From Nemertoderma westbladi (taxonomy: Eukaryota > Animalia > Xenacoelomorpha): 64,000 bases of DNA. A program made the position numbers and the translations under genes. The DNA lies in assembly GCA_032718475.1 (NCBI GenBank), contig JAUCBJ010001846.1, positions 496,001 to 560,000 of the forward strand. The letters run 5' to 3'. The notes below the pieces were generated by a model. That model made no database searches, was not told the DNA's origin, and saw only the letters and a program-made list of their open reading frames with translations. Shown one piece after another: positions 39,365 through 50,237 of this stretch; the first letter of the stretch is position 1; each line of letters begins with the position of its first letter.

Positions 39365-39933
39365 TGCGATTAAGGCCTTAATCAAATCATAACAAATTAT
39401 GTTTTTACCTAGAAAAATTCACAACAAAGTGACTCTAATAAAAGAATATTTACATGATTTATTTACATAAAGGTCAAAAATAGTGTAAATGCTTAAGCGT
39501 TTCAATTAATAAAAAAGTTAACTAAAAATGAATGAACCTCTATTTCAAGTGGGTGACACTATCTCTTATGGACTGAAAATTCAAAAAATCATATAGGGTC
39601 AAGAAACAAGCTACCCTTTAAATAACAAAAAAGTTAGTGAAAGAAAGTTAATTGCTCATCTAATTAAAAACACATCGTTTAGCACTATCGTGCAATTTGT
39701 GACGACAATCAAAAAAGGATTAGACAAGCGAGCCTTCAAAGACGCTGTCTCTATTTTAGCCTCAAATTACGAATAAACATCAACATTTAAGGGGCTGATG
39801 GGCTTAATGCTGACGTACGCCTACAAAACAAACTGCTTGTACAGCAAAAAGTACTGGTGTGTGCAGACTGGTTAAGCATTCACAATCATATTAACCTAAA
39901 ATGCATTACAAAAAGAGTTGTTAGGCACATTAT

Positions 39934-40368
39934 TTAGTGGCCAATAGATTGCTCAGCAAGCTGAATAAAAGCCTGCATTTGCTGATGGGTAACATGCCTA
40001 AGGGCACTTTGAAGGGTTTGGTTGAGCAGCCAGTTTTTCATTAAAAAATGTAATGTAAATTGAACTTTCAGCTCATTTTTTACAGGTGTTAAAAGCCACT
40101 GGCCATTTAAATGTTTAAAAGGGCCTGCGTGCAGTTTCATATCAATTTGATGGGGATTTCGGTACGTGTTTTTGGTTGAAAACTGGGCCGTCAGTGGCCC
40201 GTATTTCACCCCCAATATACCCATGCCTGAGTGCTCATCAATGGGTTGGTAACTTGAATGCGTGCAAAAGGGCAAAAAGTTTTGATAATGTTCAACATTT
40301 TGGATAATGGCATATAAATGACCTTGGTTGCATTGCGTGTAGGCGCACTCTTTAATGATGTATTTCAT
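39934..40368 (-). CDS. ratA: RatA/PasT (Coq10/START) family protein
   Basis: NVEHYQNFLPFC, F.T.N, GPFKHLNGQW. Confidence 0.8.
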   Translation of the reverse strand: MKYIIKECAYTQCNQGHLYAIIQNVEHYQNFLPFCTHSSYQPIDEHSGMGILGVKYGPLTAQFSTKNTYRNPHQIDMKLHAGPFKHLNGQWLLTPVKNELKVQFTLHFLMKNWLLNQTLQSALRHVTHQQMQAFIQLAEQSIGH

Positions 40369-41117
40369 TTTGTTTGGCAAGTTTGACAATCGCTGTCTTT
40401 TTCAAAGGGGCGTTTTTCAAAGTTCATACTGAGTGCATCAATACTCAATAATGTGTTGATGAGTTCAGCGCCGATACCTGCAAGTATTTTAATGGCTTCA
40501 ATGGCGGCTAAGGTACCGACAAGGCCTACCAGTGGGCCTAAGATTCCAGAATCGCTACATTGTTCGCTAAAGGGGTTTTCAAGGGCTGATAGTTTGTCGT
40601 ATAAACAATTATAACAGGCCGAGTGTGGGTGATCAAAGGTGGTAATTTGGGCATTAAAACCAATAGCCGCCGCCATGATATGGTAAATTTTCGCTTGATA
40701 GGCATCATCATTGATTAAAAACCGTGTTTGAAAGTTATCTGCGCAATCAATGATAAGGTTGATTTGTTTAAGGTGTGTGCGGGCTTGGCTGCTTTGGTTG
40801 TAGTTGGGTAGGGTGTGTATGATAATTTCATGGTTGAGCAATTGAAGATTTTTCTCAGTTTGTTTGGCTTTATGTTGGCCAATGTGTTTTTCTTGATAAG
40901 TAATTTGGCGTTGTAGGTTGGTGATGTCAATTTTGTCATCATCGGCTAAATAAAGCGTGCCAACGCCTGAAGCAGCTAGATAACTAGCACATATTGAACC
41001 AATTCCTCCTAGGCCAATAATCATTACCTTGCTGGCAAATAAGGCTTCTTGGCCGTCTAGGTCAATGGGCGGCAGAAAAATGTTTTTGCTGTAGCGGGCG
41101 AGTTGTTCGTTGTTCAT
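40365..41117 (-). CDS. MoeB/ThiF-family adenylyltransferase
   Basis: RYSK.I.L, IGLGGIG, TNLQRQ, DCADNF..R, CYNCL. Confidence 0.9.
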   Translation of the reverse strand: MNNEQLARYSKNIFLPPIDLDGQEALFASKVMIIGLGGIGSICASYLAASGVGTLYLADDDKIDITNLQRQITYQEKHIGQHKAKQTEKNLQLLNHEIIIHTLPNYNQSSQARTHLKQINLIIDCADNFQTRFLINDDAYQAKIYHIMAAAIGFNAQITTFDHPHSACYNCLYDKLSALENPFSEQCSDSGILGPLVGLVGTLAAIEAIKILAGIGAELINTLLSIDALSMNFEKRPFEKDSDCQTCQTK

Positions 41118-41938
41118 CGTTTGGCAGTTGTGAAACGGGGGTGATTTTGATGGTCAAGATGGGTGGTGATGTGTGTGAATTTTTTATTTTTCAAAGCTTG
41201 CCAAATAACACTTTTTTGATCGAAGCCATGTTCGATGATCAATGTTGCGTTAGGGGTAAGGTAAGGCGGTGCGTGCTCAATGATGTGCAAAATATCGGCT
41301 AGACCTCCTTTTTGAGCAAAGCGAGCACTATCAGGTTCAAAGGTGTATTCAGTGTGCTGGGTCGCTTTAGGGTCAACATAGGGGGGGTTGGTGATGATGG
41401 CATCAAAGGTTTGTAAGGGAATTTCACTAAACCAGTGGCTTTTGTAGAAAGTGATGTTTAGTTTTTGTTGTTGGCTGTTTTTTTTGGCCACAGCAAGTGC
41501 TTTTGAGCAGTGATCACAGCCGTGAATCTCCCATTGGGGGCGGTTGTGTTTAAGGGCAAGTGCAATGCAGCCGCTTCCTGTGCCTAAGTCCAGTATTTTT
41601 TGGCGTTTAGCGCCGTGGTTTTTTAGGGTATAGTCGATCAGTTGTTCGGTTTCATCTCGCGGGATGAGCACATCAGTTGTGATGCTCAGTGTAAGGTTAA
41701 AGAAATCAGCTTTTTGGGTGAGGTACTCAAGGGGTGTGTGCTTAGATCGTTTGTTGATTAATTGCTTAAATGTAGTCCATTGTGTGGTGCTAAGTGTTTG
41801 TTCGGGGTAAGCCAACAGTTGCGCAGTTGTTTTGTTTGCTATATGGGCAAGTAATGTGTGGGCATCTTGGGTGGAATTTAAAAGGTGATTAAGTGTTTGT
41901 TGGCCGTACTCGATGGCTTGGTTATAGGGTGTCGTCAT
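41114..41938 (-). CDS. prmC: Release factor glutamine methyltransferase
   Basis: VLIPRDETE, LDLGTGSGCIA, NPPY, EHGFDQ. Confidence 0.95.
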   Translation of the reverse strand: MTTPYNQAIEYGQQTLNHLLNSTQDAHTLLAHIANKTTAQLLAYPEQTLSTTQWTTFKQLINKRSKHTPLEYLTQKADFFNLTLSITTDVLIPRDETEQLIDYTLKNHGAKRQKILDLGTGSGCIALALKHNRPQWEIHGCDHCSKALAVAKKNSQQQKLNITFYKSHWFSEIPLQTFDAIITNPPYVDPKATQHTEYTFEPDSARFAQKGGLADILHIIEHAPPYLTPNATLIIEHGFDQKSVIWQALKNKKFTHITTHLDHQNHPRFTTAKR

Positions 41939-43022
41939 TTTTAAGGTCGGCCAGTTTTTGGAGTTTTTCTTCTTTCATTAAAGGAATCAACAGTATGTCA
42001 AGATCGCCTTCAAGCACGGCGTTTAGTTGGTGTAGGGTGAGTTTAATGCGATGATCCGTGATTCGAGATTGAGGAAAGTTATAGGTTCTAATTTTTTCAG
42101 ACCGATCTCCACTGCCCACTAGTTTTTTGCGAGATAGGTCATGGGAGGCTTTAATTGCGCGTTGGCGATTGTCCATGATTTTACTGCTTAAAAGGGATAG
42201 GGCTTTGGCTTTGTTTTTGTGTTGGGAGCGCTCCTCTTGGCATTCAACCACAATGTTTTCAGGTAGGTAGGTGATACGAACAGCGGAATCGGTTTTGTTG
42301 ATATGCTGCCCGCCTGCACCACTTGCACGAAAGGTGTCAACGCGGATGTCTTTAGTGTCAATCTCAACAGATTCGGCAGTTTCCATCTCAGGTAGTACCG
42401 CCACAGTACAGGCTGATGTGTGCACGCGGCCTTGGGATTCAGTGGTGGGGATGCGCTGAACTCGATGGGTGCCCGATTCAAATTTGAGTTTGGAGTAGAC
42501 TTGATTTCCTTCAATGTTGATGACCGCAATTTTATAGCCGTTTTGGTCAGAGGTTTGGGTATTAACAATATGTGTTTGCCATTTTTGGATGTCGCAGTAG
42601 CGAATGTACATTCGCATGAGGTCTGCCACAAATAAAGCAGCTTCCTCACCCCCTGTGCCTGCACGTATTTCTAAAAATACGTTGCGTTCATCATCGGGGT
42701 CTTTGGGTAACAGCAGTAGGTTGAGTTGGTTTTCTTGGTCTTTTAAGGTGGTTTGAAGGTGCTTAATTTCATCTTCAAAGAGTGTCTGAAGTTCGCCGTC
42801 GGTTTCGCTTATCAGCGAGGTTTGGGTTTGATGAAGTTCTTGTTGTGTGCTTTGGTAGTTTTGGTAGTGGTTGATGATGGGTTTAATTTTAGCCAGCTCT
42901 TTGGCTAGTTTTTGAAATTGTGCTTGATTATCAAGTGCGTCTTGTTGGCTAAGTAGGTGGTTTATTTCTTCTTGTCGTTCTGCTAGGTGGTCTAGTTTGA
43001 CAAGTAGTGAGGGGGGGATCAT
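41922..43022 (-). CDS. prfA: Peptide chain release factor 1
   Basis: EIRAGTGGEEA, HRVQRIPTTE, GAGGQHIN. Confidence 0.97.
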   Translation of the reverse strand: MIPPSLLVKLDHLAERQEEINHLLSQQDALDNQAQFQKLAKELAKIKPIINHYQNYQSTQQELHQTQTSLISETDGELQTLFEDEIKHLQTTLKDQENQLNLLLLPKDPDDERNVFLEIRAGTGGEEAALFVADLMRMYIRYCDIQKWQTHIVNTQTSDQNGYKIAVINIEGNQVYSKLKFESGTHRVQRIPTTESQGRVHTSACTVAVLPEMETAESVEIDTKDIRVDTFRASGAGGQHINKTDSAVRITYLPENIVVECQEERSQHKNKAKALSLLSSKIMDNRQRAIKASHDLSRKKLVGSGDRSEKIRTYNFPQSRITDHRIKLTLHQLNAVLEGDLDILLIPLMKEEKLQKLADLKNDDTL

Positions 43023-43043
43023 AAGCGGGTAAAGGTGTTTGTT

Positions 43044-44264
43044 TTATTTGGATGATTTATTAAGTAGCATGAGTGTTTTTTTATCGTCATCTTGGCCGGG
43101 GCAGTAATTGAAATATTTTAATGTGGGGTGCATAAGCTGTTGGGTGAGTTTTTTAACAGTTTGACGCAGAATGTGTTCAGGTGTTTGGTTGTTTTTAAGT
43201 TGTGTGAGTGCTTCGTCAAGGATGTTTTGTTTGATGTGTTGGCATTGGGTTTGGTAGTGGTCAAGCAAGGGTTTGAATTGGGTGGATTCAAGCCATTTCA
43301 TGTAGTCTTTGGTGTGGTGTTGGATGATATTTTCTGCTTGGTTGAGTGCTTTTTGTTGTGCTAGGTGGGGGTGCTTGGCAGCCACTTGCAGGCGGTCAAT
43401 ATTAATAACGGTTTTGTTGGGGTTTTCAATGATGGTGGGGTTAACATTTCGAGGAATCGCTAAGTCGATCATCAATTGCTGAGTGTGGGGGGCAAGCATT
43501 TCGGGTTGGATGATGGGTTCAAAGGCGCTTGTGGCTGAGAATATAGTGGAGGTGTTTTTGATCAGTTGATATCGATCTGACCATGGCATGGGCGTTAATT
43601 GATATTCGCCAGCAACTTGTTTGGCGTTATCATCCGAGCGATTAATAATGATAATTTGTTGGGTATTGAGTTTACTTAGGTGTAGGGCGATGTTTTTGGT
43701 GGTATCCCCCGCGCCGATCAGTAAAATAGGTTGCTCGCCTAAATCACTTTTATGTTTTTTTGCCCAGCTAACGGCAATGGAAGCGACGGATGTTTTTTTA
43801 GACCCAATGGGTGTTTTTGATCGTACTTGTTTAGATACATGAAAGCTTTTTTGGATGAGTTTGTGTAAGTATTTTTTAATGCTTTCTGCTTGCTGGTGCA
43901 GTTGATATATTTCTTTGCATTGGCTAAGGATTTGTGTTTCACCCAATACCATCGAATCAATCCCGCAGATAACGCGAAAAAAATGTTTGATGGCTTCTTG
44001 ATTGGTCATTTCATAAATGTAGTTGCGACTGACCCCTTTGGATTGAAGATATTCACTGACGTGCTGAAAAAATTTGTTATTATCACCAATGGCATAAAAC
44101 TCTGTTCTGTTGCAGGTAGATATGACAAAATATTCGGTAATATTGTCAACTTCTTTAGAATAGTTTAAAAAAGTTAGTAAGTCTGTATTGCCAAGTGATG
44201 CGCGTTCTCTGATTTCGATCGGTGCGGTTTTATAATTGATGCCGCTGGCGTAGATTGTGATCAT
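43044..44264 (-). CDS. hemA: Glutamyl-tRNA reductase
   Basis: STCNRTE, DSMVLGETQI, IGAG, DLAIPR. Confidence 0.95.
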   Translation of the reverse strand: MITIYASGINYKTAPIEIRERASLGNTDLLTFLNYSKEVDNITEYFVISTCNRTEFYAIGDNNKFFQHVSEYLQSKGVSRNYIYEMTNQEAIKHFFRVICGIDSMVLGETQILSQCKEIYQLHQQAESIKKYLHKLIQKSFHVSKQVRSKTPIGSKKTSVASIAVSWAKKHKSDLGEQPILLIGAGDTTKNIALHLSKLNTQQIIIINRSDDNAKQVAGEYQLTPMPWSDRYQLIKNTSTIFSATSAFEPIIQPEMLAPHTQQLMIDLAIPRNVNPTIIENPNKTVINIDRLQVAAKHPHLAQQKALNQAENIIQHHTKDYMKWLESTQFKPLLDHYQTQCQHIKQNILDEALTQLKNNQTPEHILRQTVKKLTQQLMHPTLKYFNYCPGQDDDKKTLMLLNKSSK

Positions 44265-44276
44265 GGGGCAAGCATA

Positions 44277-45956
44277 ATGAATGTAAAATTAGCCATGTAT
44301 TTTCAAAAACCAATTGTTAGTCTTTTTTGTTTGTCGGTATTTTACTGTACCTTGGCATTTGATGAAAAAAATAATTTGCCCAATTATTTATATTTTAATT
44401 TGATAGAGACGCGCCTGGAGGCTTCGGCAATACATTACCTTAGGGATCATAATGGTTTATCAATTCAGTTGAATCAAGCAGCTTTTAGTCTTGATGCGCA
44501 AGGTATTAGTGTTTATTTGGATTTATTAATTCAATATAGTCGTCAGGGTAATAGTAAAAATGTTCAGTTTGCGCTTGAGTCGCTCGTTGCTCATTTTGTA
44601 GATCAGAATATGTCCGTTAAGCAACAAATTGCTGCCATAACACCGGTGATGAGCCATGTTTTTAGTACATTAAATAACCCACAGCTGTTGGGTTTATACA
44701 ATGATTTTATGCGTCGTATTGATCGGTGGCGCTCATCGTCGATTGCAGTCGTGTATTTTTTACGTACCAGCTATCATATTGGTCGCTTAGATTTATTCAA
44801 TTGGTCGTTTGAGAAAGTGTTGCAAAGTGATTATGCCTTGCTAGCCGCTGTTGATTATTTTGATTTATTTTTTTATCAGCGAAAAGATGTTAAACATGCT
44901 TTGGCCTTCTTGCAAAAAAACTTGTATCAGTTTAGCACCCTGAACGCTGAGTTATTTTTAATTTATTTAGATGTCTTGCGTGCGGCGGCTAGATTGAATC
45001 AGGGTTTAACAACTGATCAGTTAGCATTTTTAACCCAATTGGTTAAACCAATAGCCAAAGAAGAGCCAACATTATGGGTTCATTTAATTGAGTTTTATCA
45101 TCAATTGGGCCAAGAAAAGTTGCAATTAAAAGCACTTCACATACTTAGTCGTGATGATAAATGGGCAGATTTTGCGTATGAGAAAATTGCATCCTTTTAT
45201 GAATATCAGGGTGATTATGAAGTTGCCCTCAATTATTATCAAAAGATTCAAAGCGAGCCTTATCTATTTGCAGCCAGACAAAAAATGTTGTTATTAAGGG
45301 ATATTGATTTACTAACGCTCAGTGATCAAATTAATAACTTGCGGCTAATGTACCCCAAAAAAATAGCGGATCACTTTTTGTTTTTAAAAGCAATAGCCTT
45401 GCAGCGTTTGGGTCAAAGCTATACTGCACTCGATATATTGAATGGTTTATCTGAAGGACTTAGTAAGCGTCCTGATGTGTTGTTTTTAAAGGGTAAAGTG
45501 TACTTAGATTTACAAGAACAAAAAAAAGCCTGTCAGTTTTTACAACAGGCTGTTGATGCTGAAAAAGCGAGCCAGCGTCTTAATTTATTGTATGAAAGTG
45601 CACTGGGTGAGTGTTTGTTGTTATTAGAACAAGTGGTATCGGCTAACACTCAACAATTAATTACGCAGGCATATCAAGCAAAACCAACGAATGTCAATTA
45701 CTTAACTAATTTTGCATGGCTTCGTTTTGTTCAAAACAATTACAATGAAGCCATTGATTTGCTTAAAAAGGCTAGGCAATATACCTACAATGAGCACCAG
45801 CAAGTTAAGGTTAATGCACGCTTAGCAAAGGCGCTGTTTTATGTGGGTCAAAAAAAAGATGGCTATCTGGTTTTAAAAAAAGTTTATGATAATTATCCGA
45901 CCAATCGTCATTTGTTAGCGGTTATGAGGCAATTACAGGCTAGCTTTGATCAATAA
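44277..45956 (+). CDS. Exported TPR-repeat protein
   Basis: Signal-like N-terminus and helical TPR-like repeats; divergent from hemA. Confidence 0.7.
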   Translation: MNVKLAMYFQKPIVSLFCLSVFYCTLAFDEKNNLPNYLYFNLIETRLEASAIHYLRDHNGLSIQLNQAAFSLDAQGISVYLDLLIQYSRQGNSKNVQFALESLVAHFVDQNMSVKQQIAAITPVMSHVFSTLNNPQLLGLYNDFMRRIDRWRSSSIAVVYFLRTSYHIGRLDLFNWSFEKVLQSDYALLAAVDYFDLFFYQRKDVKHALAFLQKNLYQFSTLNAELFLIYLDVLRAAARLNQGLTTDQLAFLTQLVKPIAKEEPTLWVHLIEFYHQLGQEKLQLKALHILSRDDKWADFAYEKIASFYEYQGDYEVALNYYQKIQSEPYLFAARQKMLLLRDIDLLTLSDQINNLRLMYPKKIADHFLFLKAIALQRLGQSYTALDILNGLSEGLSKRPDVLFLKGKVYLDLQEQKKACQFLQQAVDAEKASQRLNLLYESALGECLLLLEQVVSANTQQLITQAYQAKPTNVNYLTNFAWLRFVQNNYNEAIDLLKKARQYTYNEHQQVKVNARLAKALFYVGQKKDGYLVLKKVYDNYPTNRHLLAVMRQLQASFDQ

Positions 45957-45980
45957 ATATGTTCATCAAGTAATTTTAAC

Positions 45981-46054
45981 AGGCGTGTAGCTCAGCTGGT
46001 TAGAGTACCACCTTGACATGGTGGGGGTCACCGGTTCGAGTCCGGTCACGCCTA
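45981..46054 (+). tRNA. tRNA-Val(GAC), CCA not encoded
   Basis: AGGCGTG/CACGCCT acceptor stem, CCACC-TTGACAT-GGTGG anticodon arm, GGTTCGAGTCC T arm. Confidence 0.95.
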
Positions 46055-46061
46055 TATTTTT

Positions 46062-47984
46062 ATGTTTTCTGTCACTTTTAATAAAAAATCTCAATCGTTT
46101 GACGGTTGTATTAGCGTTATTGAGGCCATGGTAAGTTTTGGTGATACACTACCGAAAAATCTGGTAGCGGCTCGACTTGATGGCAAACTTTGTGACTTAT
46201 CTGTCATGGTTGATCAGGATGCGTTATTGACACCTGTTTTATCAACCGATCCTGAAGGGCTTGAGATTATTCGACATTCCTTTGCTCACTTATTTGGACA
46301 TGCCCTCAAGCAATTATACCCTCGTGCACAAATGGCCATCGGCCCTGTGATTGATCATGGATTTTATTATGATTTTCACATTGATGGGTTGAGCTTATCG
46401 GATAAAGACCTTGATTTGATTGAGAAACGCATGACCAAGCTGGCCAAAAAAAACTACTCAGTTAAACGTATTGAAACCCCTATCAATCAAGCCATTGAAA
46501 TTTTTAAAGATCGAAGCGAACTCTATAAAGTACATTTGATTGAAGACATTATTAAAAATAATCCAGTCGTTGATTCAGTGGGTTTGTATCATCACCAAGA
46601 GTATGTAGATATGTGTCGGGGCCCCCATGTGCCCAACACGCGCTTTTTGCATCATTTTGCACTACAAAAAGTTGCTGGCGCTTACTGGCGGGGTGATTCA
46701 AAAAATGAAATGTTGCAACGTGTTTATGGGGTAGCCTTTTTAGATGAGCAAGCGCTTCAAGATCACTTAACTTACCTAGAAGAAGCAGAAAAAAGGGATC
46801 ATCGAAAACTTGCCAAACAAATGGATTTATTCCACATTCAAGAAGAAGCCCCTGGGAGTGTTTTTTGGCATCCCAATGGTACCTTTATTTACCAAGCCAT
46901 TGTGGCCTATATTCGATCGTTTCTGAAAGCATTCAACTATCAAGAGATACAAACCCCCTTTATGATGGATCGCTCACTGTGGGAAAAATCAGGCCATTGG
47001 GATAAGTTTTCAGAGATGATCTTTTCTGTCCATTCCGATCACCGTGAATATGCCATCAAGCCCATGAATTGCCCAGGGCATGTTCAAATATTTAACCAAA
47101 ACTTACACAGCTATCGTGATTTACCCATTCGATTAGCTGAGTTTGGGATTGTTCACCGTTATGAACCTTCAGGTACACTGCATGGGTTGATGCGGGTTCG
47201 CAGTTTTACACAAGATGATGCCCATGTTTTTTGCACAACGAAGCAGCTAGCGGCAGAGATTGATCAAATAATTGGGCATGTTTTTGATGTGTATCGGGTG
47301 TTTGGGTTTAATGATATTGCAGTGAAGCTCTCCACCCGCCCAGAAAAACGCGTAGGGGCTGATAGCATATGGGACTTGTCCGAAAAAATACTTGAAGACG
47401 TATTGAACGCTCGGTCAATTGACTGGGTGCTTCAAGCAGGTGAGGGGGCATTTTATGGACCAAAAATTGAATTTGTGCTAACAGACTGTTTGGATAGGTC
47501 ATGGCAATGTGGTACGATTCAGCTTGATTTTTCAATGCCTGACCGTTTAGGTGCCCAATATATTGATAAAAATAGTAAAAAACAAGTACCTGTGATGATT
47601 CATCGGGCTATTTTAGGTTCTTTGGAGCGTTTTATTGGTATTTTGCTAGAGCATTATGCGGGCGAACTACCCTTATGGCTAAGCCCTAAACAGGTAGCCG
47701 TACTTAATGTGACTGATCAGCACGTTGGTTATGCATCCAAAATGTCTGGCATGCTTGAATTAGCTGGTATTCGCGTGCTTCAAGACCAACGAAATGAAAA
47801 AATTGGCTACAAGTTACGTGAGGCTATTTTGAAAAAAATACCCTATTTGGCTGTATTAGGTGAGCGGGAGCAGGCCAGCAAAACAATTAGTTTAAGAACA
47901 CGCTCAGATAAAAATTTACAAGTATTTAACATTGGGCAATTAACTGAATTTTTGCAAAAACAAATTAAAACCAGTTATTTTTAA
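46062..47984 (+). CDS. thrS: Threonyl-tRNA synthetase
   Basis: [42 protein letters not shown]. Confidence 0.98.
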   Translation: MFSVTFNKKSQSFDGCISVIEAMVSFGDTLPKNLVAARLDGKLCDLSVMVDQDALLTPVLSTDPEGLEIIRHSFAHLFGHALKQLYPRAQMAIGPVIDHGFYYDFHIDGLSLSDKDLDLIEKRMTKLAKKNYSVKRIETPINQAIEIFKDRSELYKVHLIEDIIKNNPVVDSVGLYHHQEYVDMCRGPHVPNTRFLHHFALQKVAGAYWRGDSKNEMLQRVYGVAFLDEQALQDHLTYLEEAEKRDHRKLAKQMDLFHIQEEAPGSVFWHPNGTFIYQAIVAYIRSFLKAFNYQEIQTPFMMDRSLWEKSGHWDKFSEMIFSVHSDHREYAIKPMNCPGHVQIFNQNLHSYRDLPIRLAEFGIVHRYEPSGTLHGLMRVRSFTQDDAHVFCTTKQLAAEIDQIIGHVFDVYRVFGFNDIAVKLSTRPEKRVGADSIWDLSEKILEDVLNARSIDWVLQAGEGAFYGPKIEFVLTDCLDRSWQCGTIQLDFSMPDRLGAQYIDKNSKKQVPVMIHRAILGSLERFIGILLEHYAGELPLWLSPKQVAVLNVTDQHVGYASKMSGMLELAGIRVLQDQRNEKIGYKLREAILKKIPYLAVLGEREQASKTISLRTRSDKNLQVFNIGQLTEFLQKQIKTSYF

Positions 47985-48019
47985 CGATTTATTTTAAAAG
48001 GAGCATTGATAGTTTATTT

Positions 48020-48565
48020 ATGGGACGACAATATCACAACCAAAGAAGAAAAGAAGATTTTATTGTTGCCAATCATTACGTTGAAGCACAAAATATTCGT
48101 TTGATTGATCAGCACAATAACCAACTAGGTGTTGTTTCAAAAGACCGAGCCATTGAACTTGCAAAAGATGCCCATTTAGACCTTGTACAACTTTCAGTAC
48201 AAAATGATATTGCAGTTTGTCGCATTGTTGATTTAGGGAAATTTCGGTATGAAAAAAAGCGCAAAGAACAGCAATCGAAGAAAAAACAAAAGACTGTTCA
48301 AATGAAGGGCATTAATTTTAGAATCAATATTGAGGACAGTGACTATGCAAGAAAAAAGCATAATATTGTGCAGTTTCTTGAAAGTGGTGATCATGTGAAA
48401 GTGATGGTGCGTTTTTTTGGCCGAGAAAACATTTACCCTGAAGTTGGGATTAACTTAATGAAAAAATTAATTCAGGACCTAGAAAATGTTTCAAGCCATA
48501 AAGGGGATTTAAAAAAACAAGGCAATAGCATCACTGTTATTTTCATGCCTAAATTGGCCAGTTAA
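48020..48565 (+). CDS. infC: Translation initiation factor IF-3
   Basis: IRLID..QLGVV, LDLV, D.GKFRYE, FL..GD.VKV; position after thrS. Confidence 0.93.
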   Translation: MGRQYHNQRRKEDFIVANHYVEAQNIRLIDQHNNQLGVVSKDRAIELAKDAHLDLVQLSVQNDIAVCRIVDLGKFRYEKKRKEQQSKKKQKTVQMKGINFRINIEDSDYARKKHNIVQFLESGDHVKVMVRFFGRENIYPEVGINLMKKLIQDLENVSSHKGDLKKQGNSITVIFMPKLAS

Positions 48566-48627
48566 TATTTGCTTGATTGCCAGAGAATGTGTAATATACA
48601 ACCTTTAAAATTATAAACCTGACCGCC

Positions 48628-48816
48628 ATGCCTAAAATGAAATCACACAGCGGCGCTGCCAAACGTTTTAGCCTAAAAAGTTCTGGAAAAATTAAGCGAG
48701 GCTTTGCTTTTCGTAGCCATATATTGACCAAAATGAGCACCAAAAGAAAACGGGGGCTTCGCTCGCCTGGTTATATGTCTCCCGCTGATGCCAAAGTGAT
48801 TCGAAAAATTCTTTAA
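48628..48816 (+). CDS. rpmI: 50S ribosomal protein L35
   Basis: [14 protein letters not shown]. Confidence 0.96.
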   Translation: MPKMKSHSGAAKRFSLKSSGKIKRGFAFRSHILTKMSTKRKRGLRSPGYMSPADAKVIRKIL

Positions 48817-48831
48817 AAGTAGGTACAGATT

Positions 48832-49191
48832 ATGGCAAGAATTAAACGAGGGGTGATAAAGCGTCGCTCACATAAAAAAATATTAAAACTGGCCAAAGGT
48901 TATTATGGTGCACGCTCTAGAACCTTTAAAGTTGCCAAACAAGCCGTTATTAAAGCGCATCAGTATGCTTACCGTGATCGGCGGCAGAGAAAAAGAGAGT
49001 TTCGCAGGCTTTGGATTGTTCGCATTGGTGCAGCGGCTCAGCTACATGGCTTAAATTATAGTCGGTTTATTCGGGGTATTCATTTGGCCAATATTGAAAT
49101 TGACCGAAAAATGTTGGCAGAACTTGCTGTAAACAGTCCCTCAGCTTTTAAAAAGGTTGCAGACCTTGCCGAGCAAGCACTGGCTGCTTAG
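48832..49191 (+). CDS. rplT: 50S ribosomal protein L20
   Basis: [23 protein letters not shown]. Confidence 0.97.
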   Translation: MARIKRGVIKRRSHKKILKLAKGYYGARSRTFKVAKQAVIKAHQYAYRDRRQRKREFRRLWIVRIGAAAQLHGLNYSRFIRGIHLANIEIDRKMLAELAVNSPSAFKKVADLAEQALAA

Positions 49192-49196
49192 CGTCA

Positions 49197-50237
49197 ATGA
49201 ATCAGTCACTTGGTGACATTGAGACCTTAAAGTCCCAAGCCTTAGCGGCTATTTCAGATGCTCGTAGTTTGGATGAGCTAGAAGCTTGTCGTATTCAATT
49301 TTTGGGCAAAAATAGTCTGCTTGTGCAAGCCTTGCGAACCGTGGGGCAGCTGGACGTCGCACAAAGAAAAAAAGCAGGGCAGTCGCTAAATGTTGCTAAA
49401 GCAGCGGTGAAACAGTGTATTGAGCAAAAAAAACAGGTTTTATTTGAATCAAGCTCAGGTGGGTTGATTCAGTCGGTAGATGTCACCATGCCGGGTCGGT
49501 TTTTTCATCAAGGTAGCTGGCACCCCGTATATTTAACCTTAAAGCGAATCGAACATATTTTATCAAACTTAGGCTTTTCATCTGTTTTTGGGCCTGAAAT
49601 TGAAAATGATTACTACAATTTTCAGGCACTGAATATCCCAGCGCACCACCCTGCACGTGCGATGCATGATACCTTTTATTTTTCAAAATCCTTACTCCTT
49701 AGAACTCATACCTCTCCAGTGCAAGTACATGTCATGGAAAGCCACAAGCCCCCTTTTGCTATTTTGGCTAGTGGTAAAGTGTATCGATGTGATTCAGACC
49801 TAACCCATACCCCCATGTTTCATCAGGTTGAAGGCTTGTTGGTGGATAAAACCATCAATTTTGCACAACTTAAAGGCTTGTTGGTCAATTTTTTACAATT
49901 GTTTTTTGAAAAACCGCTGCCTGTGCGTTTCAGGGCGAGCTATTTTCCGTTTACCGAACCCTCAGCTGAGGTCGATATTGGTTGTGTTCAATGCCAAGGT
50001 GAGGGCTGTCGGGTATGCAAACGAACCGGTTGGTTAGAGGTACTGGGTTGTGGCATGGTGAATCATAAAGTGCTTTCAATGTCGGGCATTGACCCAGATG
50101 TGTATCAGGGCATTGCATTTGGTGCAGGGGTTGAGCGCTTGGCCATGCTTCGCTATGGCATTGGGGATTTGCGTCTGTTTTTCGAGAATGACAGTCGTTT
50201 TTTAAAACAATTCGCTGGGGTAAGTTTGGGCGCATGA
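49197..50237 (+). CDS. pheS: Phenylalanyl-tRNA synthetase alpha subunit
   Basis: HHPARAMHDTFY, RTHTSPVQ, FPFTEPSAE. Confidence 0.98.
   Translation: MNQSLGDIETLKSQALAAISDARSLDELEACRIQFLGKNSLLVQALRTVGQLDVAQRKKAGQSLNVAKAAVKQCIEQKKQVLFESSSGGLIQSVDVTMPGRFFHQGSWHPVYLTLKRIEHILSNLGFSSVFGPEIENDYYNFQALNIPAHHPARAMHDTFYFSKSLLLRTHTSPVQVHVMESHKPPFAILASGKVYRCDSDLTHTPMFHQVEGLLVDKTINFAQLKGLLVNFLQLFFEKPLPVRFRASYFPFTEPSAEVDIGCVQCQGEGCRVCKRTGWLEVLGCGMVNHKVLSMSGIDPDVYQGIAFGAGVERLAMLRYGIGDLRLFFENDSRFLKQFAGVSLGA

Noticed and set aside
48005-48007. Canonical ATT start for infC
   Set aside because: An in-frame ATT exists, but it is only 1 nt from the GGAG, which is too close. The start cannot be resolved, so ATG 48020 is kept.
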